Origin: Candidatus Microgenomates bacterium
GTDB lineage: Bacteria; Patescibacteriota; Microgenomatia; UBA8517; JACQJR01
Direction of reading: 5' to 3'
DNA length: 36,534 nt
Assembly: GCA_016204995.1 (NCBI GenBank)
Contig: JACQJR010000001.1
Span: forward strand, 435,132-471,665
A model generated the notes under the pieces. It did no database searches. It was given only the letters and a program-made list of their open reading frames with translations, and was not told the DNA's origin. The position numbers and the translations under genes were made by a program. This document shows, piece by piece, positions 26,488 to 33,068 of this stretch (positions within the stretch are counted from its first letter, which is position 1; every line of letters begins with the position of its first letter).

Positions 26488-28239
26488 ATGTCAAAACCTA
26501 AAAAGATCAAGAAAATATTTAACTTTCTCAACAGGCAAAACCCACTGGCGGTTCTGGCGGTATTATTTCTATTGGAAGCCGTTTTTGTCGCGACTAGCTA
26601 CCATCTAATTTTTTGGAATAGAATTTATCCCAATATTATGGTAGCAAATATTAATCTTACTGGGAAAACAGAATTAGAAGCCCAAAAATTATTAGCTAGT
26701 ATCTCCCCTTCCCCAACCATCACTTTAATAACACCAGACAAACAATTTGTCCTTAAAAGTCGCGATATTGATCTGCAATACGACACCAACCAGACTGTCA
26801 GACAGGCTTTTTTAATCGGCAGAAGCGAGTCAGCCGTGTCTAATTTCACCGTTAAATGGCAAGCATTGCAGCAACCAGTCCAGCTTCCCTTTGCTTATTC
26901 CTATAATCAAGAAAGGCTGACGCAATTTTTCCAAAAAGTGAGTAACGAAATTGATATCCCCGTCATTCAAACTAGTATAGAAATTCAAAAAGGCCAGGTG
27001 ATTGTTAAATCTGGCCAGGCCGGATTGGAAGTTGACAAAGAGATTTTGGCGCAAAATGTCAAAAATGCCCTTGGCGCCGGTCAGCATAAAATCGCCATTC
27101 CTGTCAAAACCAACGCCGTTTTTTCCGCTTCTCAAATTGAAGAACTGCGTACCCGCACCCAAAATTTGGTGGGAGCAAGTCTGGCTTTCACCCAGGAAGA
27201 AAACAATGTTATTTTGTCTGACAGTGATCTGGTGAAATTTTTAGCGCCTGATCAGACTTTTAACCAGAACAAAATTAAGGAGCAGGTAGAAAAAATCGCT
27301 GCTCAATTTTACAGGCCAGTCCAAGAACCCACCTTTCGTTTTGAAAATGGTAAAGTGACAGAATTTAAGCCTGCCAAAGACGGCATAGAAGTTGACAAGG
27401 AAAAACTAATCAAGGATATTGCGACAACTATTGACACATTGACCCCGGGCCAAAAAGTTCCAATGGATATTCCGGTTACTAAAACCAAATCCAAATTAAC
27501 TACCAACCAAGTCAATAATATCGGACTTAACGAATTGATCGGCCGGGGCTGGTCTCAATTCAAAGGCTCTGCTCCGGCCCGGGTGCATAATATCGCGCTA
27601 GCTGCTTCCAAGCTTAATGGTATCTTAATCAAACCGGGAGAAGTTTTTTCTTTTAATCAGGCCCTCGGCGATGTGTCGGTTTTTACCGGCTTCCAACAAG
27701 CTTATATTATCAAAAACGGCCGGACCATCTTGGGAGACGGCGGCGGCGTTTGCCAAGTTTCTTCTACTCTTTTCCGGGCGGCTTTGGCGGCCGGCTTACC
27801 CATTATAGAACGACGGGCTCATTCTTTCCGGGTCAGCTATTATGAACAAAACTCTACGCCCGGTTTTGACGCCACAGTCTTTGATCCTTCTCCTGATTTT
27901 AAAATTAAAAACGATACCCCGGCTTATATCCTTTTGCAAGCCACAGTTGATACTAAAAATGCCAGTCTCGTCTTTGAAATATATGGCACCAGCGATGGCC
28001 GGGTCGCCACTACCAGCAAACCCAGAGTGTGGGATATTAAACCGCCACCTCCTGATTTATACCAGGATGACCCCACCTTACCCACCGGCACTGTTAAACA
28101 AGTAGAGCACCGAGTTAACGGTGCAAAGGTGGCTTTTGACTATAAAGTAATACGAGGAGGTGGGGTTTTACAAGACAAAACTTTTTATTCCACCTACCAA
28201 CCCTGGCAAGCAGTGTATTTGCGGGGCACCGCGCAGTAA
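26488..28239 (+). CDS. VanW-family protein (YoaR-like; N-terminal anchor, peptidoglycan-binding-type region and VanW domain)
   Basis: GGGVCQVSSTLFRAALAAGLPIIERRAHSFRVSYY is the VanW core. There is an N-terminal TM helix. The start ATG lies inside a CAAATGTCAAA repeat unit. Confidence 0.85.
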   Translation: MSKPKKIKKIFNFLNRQNPLAVLAVLFLLEAVFVATSYHLIFWNRIYPNIMVANINLTGKTELEAQKLLASISPSPTITLITPDKQFVLKSRDIDLQYDTNQTVRQAFLIGRSESAVSNFTVKWQALQQPVQLPFAYSYNQERLTQFFQKVSNEIDIPVIQTSIEIQKGQVIVKSGQAGLEVDKEILAQNVKNALGAGQHKIAIPVKTNAVFSASQIEELRTRTQNLVGASLAFTQEENNVILSDSDLVKFLAPDQTFNQNKIKEQVEKIAAQFYRPVQEPTFRFENGKVTEFKPAKDGIEVDKEKLIKDIATTIDTLTPGQKVPMDIPVTKTKSKLTTNQVNNIGLNELIGRGWSQFKGSAPARVHNIALAASKLNGILIKPGEVFSFNQALGDVSVFTGFQQAYIIKNGRTILGDGGGVCQVSSTLFRAALAAGLPIIERRAHSFRVSYYEQNSTPGFDATVFDPSPDFKIKNDTPAYILLQATVDTKNASLVFEIYGTSDGRVATTSKPRVWDIKPPPPDLYQDDPTLPTGTVKQVEHRVNGAKVAFDYKVIRGGGVLQDKTFYSTYQPWQAVYLRGTAQ

Positions 28240-28242
28240 ATT

Positions 28243-29325
28243 ATGACTATCCTAGCTATTGAAACCAGTTGTGACGAGACCGCGGCTTCGGTGGTGGAAG
28301 ACGGCCGGAAAGTGTTATCTCATGTTTTGGCCAGTTCGGCCGATATGCATGCTAAAACCGGTGGCATTATTCCGGAAATGGCGGCTCGCGAACAACTAAA
28401 ATCAATTTTACCAGTTATTGAAGAGGCTTTAAAAAAGGCTTTTCCTTCTCAAGCTTCTAATCTCCAATATCTAAGCTCTAACCTTGATGTCCTCGCTGTC
28501 ACTGCCGGCCCAGGACTTATCGGCTCATTATTAGTCGGAGTTGAGACTGCTAAAACCCTCGCCTGGTTATGGAATAAACCCTTAATACCAGTCAATCATC
28601 TTGTAGGCCATATATACGCGAATTTCATTCGCGAATTTCCAATTTCCAATTTCCAATTTCCAAATGAAGAACCAAAATTCCCAGCGCTGGCTCTAGTTGT
28701 CTCTGGCGGACATACTGATTTAGTTTTGATGGAAAACCACCAAAAAATTACCTGGATCGGCGGGACTCGCGATGATGCGGCTGGTGAAGCTTTTGATAAG
28801 ACGGCCAGACTTTTGGGACTTCCCTATCCGGGTGGGCCAGCCATTGCGGCTGAAGCCGCCAAATTTGAAGCACAAAATCCGAAATCTGAAAAACTACAAA
28901 TGTTTCCTAGACCTTTGATTAATGAGAACTATTTTGATTGGAGTTTTTCCGGATTGAAAACTGCCGTAGCCCGGGAAGTTAGCAAAAATAAAAAGTTAAC
29001 TGGTGAAGATTTGCAAAAATTTTCTGCCGAAATTCAACAAGCCATTGTTGACTCACTGGTGATCAAAACTATGAGGGCTGTCAAAAAGTTTAAACCCAAA
29101 TCATTGCTGTTGGGTGGAGGTGTGGCAGCAAATTCTCGCTTGCGCGAAGAATTTAATTCTAAAATCCAAGATCTAACATCTAAGATCTCTTTACATGTTC
29201 CTCCTCCTAAATTCTGCACCGATAACGCCAGTATGATTGGCGCTGCCGCCTTTTATAATTACCAACCAGTTAACTGGAGAAAAATTCAAACCCTTCCCGA
29301 ATTAACAATTACTGGAGAGATATAA
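28243..29325 (+). CDS. tsaD: tRNA N6-adenosine threonylcarbamoyltransferase TsaD (Kae1/YgjD family)
   Basis: ILAIETSCDETAASVV, HLVGHIYANF, LVVSGGHTDL, DDAAGEAFDKTARLLGLPYPGGP and GGGVAANSRLR. Confidence 0.95.
   Translation: MTILAIETSCDETAASVVEDGRKVLSHVLASSADMHAKTGGIIPEMAAREQLKSILPVIEEALKKAFPSQASNLQYLSSNLDVLAVTAGPGLIGSLLVGVETAKTLAWLWNKPLIPVNHLVGHIYANFIREFPISNFQFPNEEPKFPALALVVSGGHTDLVLMENHQKITWIGGTRDDAAGEAFDKTARLLGLPYPGGPAIAAEAAKFEAQNPKSEKLQMFPRPLINENYFDWSFSGLKTAVAREVSKNKKLTGEDLQKFSAEIQQAIVDSLVIKTMRAVKKFKPKSLLLGGGVAANSRLREEFNSKIQDLTSKISLHVPPPKFCTDNASMIGAAAFYNYQPVNWRKIQTLPELTITGEI
28634..28663. repeat. Tandem heptamer array (AATTTCC x4) inside tsaD
   Basis: aatttcc aatttcc aatttcc aatttcc aa. 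Translated as EFPISNFQFP. The 30-nt core is identical to that at 3674-3703. Confidence 0.95.
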
Positions 29326-29333
29326 AAATTAAT

Positions 29334-29984
29334 ATGGAAATCATCAAAATTGACGCCAATAACCCAGATCCCAAGATAATTAAACAAGCCGTAGATGCTC
29401 TTATATTGAGTGGAGCCATTATTTACCCCACTGACACGGCTTATGGACTAGGAGTTAATGCTTTAGACGAAAAGGTAATTCGCAAACTTTATCAAATTAA
29501 AGGACGAGATTTTGCCAAACCAACACACGTTGTAGTCCGCGACTGGGAGATGATAAATCAACTATGTCATACCAACAAAGCAGCAAAAATTTTATACGAT
29601 AAATTTTTGCCTGGCCCATTAACTATAATCTTGCCGAAAAAAATGTGTGTGTCAGACTTGTTAACTGGTTACTTACCCACTTTAGGTATCAGAATTCCCG
29701 ACTCCCCTATCACCAAATTGCTTAGTAAATTATCACCTTTCCCCTACACCACTCCTTCGGCCAATCCATCTGGCGGTTTAACACCCCATACTATTAATCA
29801 ATCTCTTGACCAGTTTTCCGACTTACAAAAAAGTTTAATTGATTTAGTTTTAGATGCCGGTCAGTTAGCAAAAGTTGATCCATCAACCATTGTTGATTGT
29901 TCAGTAGAAATTCCGAAAATTATACGACCGGGACCGATTAGTAAAGAAAGAATTGAAAAAGCTCTTGGAGTAGAAGTACAATAA
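29334..29984 (+). CDS. tsaC: L-threonylcarbamoyladenylate synthase (YrdC/TsaC-type, single domain)
   Basis: YPTDTAYGLGVNA, KGRDFAKPTHVVV, LPGPLTIIL, LGIRIPDSPI and TPSANPSG. Confidence 0.9.
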   Translation: MEIIKIDANNPDPKIIKQAVDALILSGAIIYPTDTAYGLGVNALDEKVIRKLYQIKGRDFAKPTHVVVRDWEMINQLCHTNKAAKILYDKFLPGPLTIILPKKMCVSDLLTGYLPTLGIRIPDSPITKLLSKLSPFPYTTPSANPSGGLTPHTINQSLDQFSDLQKSLIDLVLDAGQLAKVDPSTIVDCSVEIPKIIRPGPISKERIEKALGVEVQ

Positions 29985-29989
29985 TACTC

Positions 29990-32041
29990 ATGGAGAAAAC
30001 TTACCAATCAAGCCTGCACGAAGAAAAAATCTATTCGCTGTGGGAAACGGGAAACTACTTTAGGCCTATAGAAAAATCTACCGAACCTAAAAAAACATTT
30101 GTAATGATGATGCCCCCACCGAATGTTACTGGAGCACTCCATATCGGACACGCTCTTACTGCCGCAACTGAAGACATTTTAGTCCGTTTCCATCGCATGC
30201 TTGGAGAGACAACTTTATGGTTACCGGGTGTGGACCATGCCGGTATTGCCACCCAAAATGTGGTAGAGCGCGCCCTAGCCAAAGATGGTAAAAATAGAAT
30301 TGATTTAGGTCGGGAAAAATTCGTAGAAGAAGTTTGGCAATGGGTAGAAAAATATGGCCACACCATTGATGATCAACATAAAAAATTAGGAGTTAGCGCC
30401 GACTGGTCACGCCGCCGTTTTACCATGGACGAGGACTATCAACAAGCAGTTCAAATCGCTTTTAATACTTTAAAAGAAAAGGGTCTGATTTATCAGGGAG
30501 AATATATTGTTAACTGGTGTCCTCGTTGTGCCAGCGCCATTTCTGATTTAGAAAATATTTACGAGGAACAAAACGGCAAATTATATTTTTTAGATTACGG
30601 CCTTATTACTATTGCTACTACCCGGCCGGAGACAATTTTTGCCGATAGTGCTATTGCCGTTAATCCCAAAGACAGTCGCTATCAAAAGCTGGTTGGCAAG
30701 TTCGCCGCGATCCCTTTAATAAACAAAGAAATTCCCATTATCTCCGACATGGCAGTTGACCAAAATTTTGGTACTGGCGCTTTAAAAGTCACCCCAGCCC
30801 ATGACCAAACTGATTTTGAAATTGGCCGTCGTCATAATTTACCGCGCCCATCTGTAATTGATAAAAACGGTAAAATGGCAAGTTCTAATTTAGTACCCCA
30901 AAAATATTGGGGCATGGAGGTGCAAGTTGCCCGAGACGGGGTGGCCAAAGACTTGCAAAATTCTGGCCTGTTGAAAAAAGAAGAAAGCCATCAAAATAAT
31001 GTCGGCCATTGCCAACGTTGCGACACTATTACCCAACCATTACTTTCTCTCCAATGGTTTGTTAAAACCACGGCCATGGCCCGAGCTGCCATAGAGGCAG
31101 TTAAAAAAGGCGAGATTAAAATTATCCCCAAAAGGTTTGAAAAAGTTTACTTCCAGTGGCTTGAAAATATTCATGACTGGTGCATTTCCCGCCAAATCTG
31201 GTGGGGCCACTCTATTCCAGACAGCAATGACGTCTTAGACACTTGGTTCTCTTCTTCCCTCTGGCCCTTTGCCACTTTAGGCTGGCCGAAACAGACAGCA
31301 AATTTGCAGAGATTTTTTCCTACCACAGTTTTAGAAACCGGTTATGATATTCTCTTTTTCTGGGTGGCCAAGATGATTATGATGAGTACTTCCTTGACCG
31401 GTAAACCACCTTTTGAAACGGTTTATCTGCATGGATTGGTCCGTGATATTCAGGGACGGAAGATGAGTAAAACTCTCGGTAACGTGATTGATCCCCTGGA
31501 ATATATTGGCAAATATGGCACGGATAGCTTACGGATGGCCTTAGTGGTGGGCACAACGGCCGGCAATGACAGTAAAATTTCCGAGGAAAAAGTTGTCGGT
31601 TACCGCAATTTCACCAACAAGGTTTGGAACATAGCCAGATTCATTTTGTCATATGAATCTGGAACTCAAATGTCAAATGTCAAAACTCAAAACGAAGATG
31701 ATAAGTGGATTAGGGATGAATTAGTCAAAACTATTAAATCTGTTACTCGCCATCTTCACAACTTCCGCCTCTCCCCGGCCGGCGAAGAAATTTATGATTT
31801 CATCTGGAAAAAGTTGGCTGATATTTATTTAGAAAAAACTAAAAGCCGGCGCCAAGAAGCTCAACCTACTTTACTTTATGTTCTAGATCGCAGCCTACGT
31901 CTTCTTCATCCTTTTATGCCATTTGTTACCGAAGTTATCTGGCAAACTGCCCGCGAGACCAAACGACTGTCTGCGCAGGCAGGCTTGACGCCCGGCACTT
32001 TCCAAGAGGAAGCCCTGATTACTGCCCAATGGCCAAGATAG
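29990..32041 (+). CDS. valS: Valyl-tRNA synthetase, compact form (683 aa)
   Basis: PPPNVTGALHIGHAL (HIGH motif), TTRPETIFADSAIAVNP and KVTPAHDQTDFEIG (CP1 editing domain), DVLDTWFSS and RKMSKTLGNVIDP (KMSKS motif). Confidence 0.93.
   Translation: MEKTYQSSLHEEKIYSLWETGNYFRPIEKSTEPKKTFVMMMPPPNVTGALHIGHALTAATEDILVRFHRMLGETTLWLPGVDHAGIATQNVVERALAKDGKNRIDLGREKFVEEVWQWVEKYGHTIDDQHKKLGVSADWSRRRFTMDEDYQQAVQIAFNTLKEKGLIYQGEYIVNWCPRCASAISDLENIYEEQNGKLYFLDYGLITIATTRPETIFADSAIAVNPKDSRYQKLVGKFAAIPLINKEIPIISDMAVDQNFGTGALKVTPAHDQTDFEIGRRHNLPRPSVIDKNGKMASSNLVPQKYWGMEVQVARDGVAKDLQNSGLLKKEESHQNNVGHCQRCDTITQPLLSLQWFVKTTAMARAAIEAVKKGEIKIIPKRFEKVYFQWLENIHDWCISRQIWWGHSIPDSNDVLDTWFSSSLWPFATLGWPKQTANLQRFFPTTVLETGYDILFFWVAKMIMMSTSLTGKPPFETVYLHGLVRDIQGRKMSKTLGNVIDPLEYIGKYGTDSLRMALVVGTTAGNDSKISEEKVVGYRNFTNKVWNIARFILSYESGTQMSNVKTQNEDDKWIRDELVKTIKSVTRHLHNFRLSPAGEEIYDFIWKKLADIYLEKTKSRRQEAQPTLLYVLDRSLRLLHPFMPFVTEVIWQTARETKRLSAQAGLTPGTFQEEALITAQWPR
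31661..31695. repeat. Heptamer array (GGAACTC AAATGTC AAATGTC AAAACTC AAAACGA) inside valS
   Basis: Read directly. Translated as GTQMSNVKTQNE. It shares the string ACTCAAATGTCAAA with 26482-26495 and, on the opposite strand, the repeat at 33625-33692. Confidence 0.9.
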
Positions 32042-32376
32042 AAAAAGTTCAGAGTTCGGAGTTAGGAGTTCAGAGAATAAATCTGTTGTGGTGGACCGTG
32101 AGTTTTATAGTGGTGCTTATCTCGCTGGCCAACCTTTCTATCTGGGCCAGAAATGAGTTAGCTAAAAAGGCCAGAATTCCCATAGAAGTAGAAATTAGTA
32201 AGTGGGAACAAGTTGTCCAAAAAACCCCCACTTACCGCGACAGTTATTTAAAACTGGCTATTCTTTATTGGCAATTACAGGAAGATCAGAAATCTCAAGT
32301 GGCTCTAGCTATTGCTGAAAATCTGGACCCTAATTACGAAGAAACTGGAGAAATTAAGAGGCTTTTAGGCTACTAG
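32029..32376 (+). CDS. Small membrane-anchored TPR-like protein (hypothetical)
   Basis: TM helix (LLWWTVSFIVVLISLANLSIW) followed by a TPR-like segment YRDSYLKLAILYWQLQEDQKSQVALAIAENLDPNY. The first ~16 codons are repeat-derived, so the start is uncertain. Confidence 0.5.
   Translation: MAKIEKVQSSELGVQRINLLWWTVSFIVVLISLANLSIWARNELAKKARIPIEVEISKWEQVVQKTPTYRDSYLKLAILYWQLQEDQKSQVALAIAENLDPNYEETGEIKRLLGY
32047..32074. repeat. Heptamer array GTTCAGA GTTCGGA GTTAGGA GTTCAGA
   Basis: Read directly. Begins 6 nt after the valS stop codon. Translated as VQSSELGVQR in the next ORF. Confidence 0.9.
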
Positions 32377-33068
32377 GCTTTTTTCTTCTCTTCCTCTATG
32401 GTTGGTTTTTCTTCCGTTGCCGGAGTTTCTCCACCTTCGGCCGGTACTTCGCCCTCTACTGCTTCACCTTCAGCCGGGGCTGGCGGAGCCACTTCTTCCT
32501 CTTTGGCTGGCGGTTCAATCTTGGCCACAATTTGTTCTCCCTCTGTTACTACCGTTACTTTATCCTTCGCGACCATCAAATCGCTTACATAAATCGCCTC
32601 ATCTACGTTTTCCAGTTTACTAACATCTACCAATAATTTTTCTGGCAAATCGGTCGGCAAAGCCTCCACTTCCACTTCATTAGTTTGCTGCACGAGAATT
32701 CCTATGCCGGATTTTTCAGCGGGGGCTTCGCCAGTTAACTCCACAGGAACCGTGGCGGTAATTTTTTCTGTTAAATCAACCTGGCGGAAATCAGCATGAA
32801 TGGGCAAATCAGTAACTGGGTGCAGTTGAACATTAACTATTAAAACTGGTTTGGTTTCTTCATCAACTTGTAAATCTATCAAACCCGTCTCCCCTGCTTT
32901 TTCATAAACTGCCTGGAATTCTTTTAAGGGTAATTCTAAAGCTTGAGAAGTTATTTTTTTGCCATAAACATTAGCCGGCATAATACCGTCACGACGAAGA
33001 GCGCGCACTTTTCTACCTTCTAGGGTTCGTTTTTTGGCTGCTAATTTTACTCTGTCTGTACTTGCCAT
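32373..33068 (-). CDS. rplY: 50S ribosomal protein L25 / general stress protein Ctc form
   Basis: KLAAKKRTLEGRKVRALRRDGIMPANVYGK and a two-domain length, with an acidic/Pro-rich C-terminal tail. Confidence 0.9.
   Translation of the reverse strand: MASTDRVKLAAKKRTLEGRKVRALRRDGIMPANVYGKKITSQALELPLKEFQAVYEKAGETGLIDLQVDEETKPVLIVNVQLHPVTDLPIHADFRQVDLTEKITATVPVELTGEAPAEKSGIGILVQQTNEVEVEALPTDLPEKLLVDVSKLENVDEAIYVSDLMVAKDKVTVVTEGEQIVAKIEPPAKEEEVAPPAPAEGEAVEGEVPAEGGETPATEEKPTIEEEKKKA

Noticed and set aside
32398-32623. Two plus-strand ORFs (64 and 73 aa) antisense to the rplY C-terminal tail
   Set aside because: They are produced by the low-complexity E/P/A/G-coding tail of L25/Ctc. The translations are S/P/A/L repeats, which is typical shadow-frame sequence.
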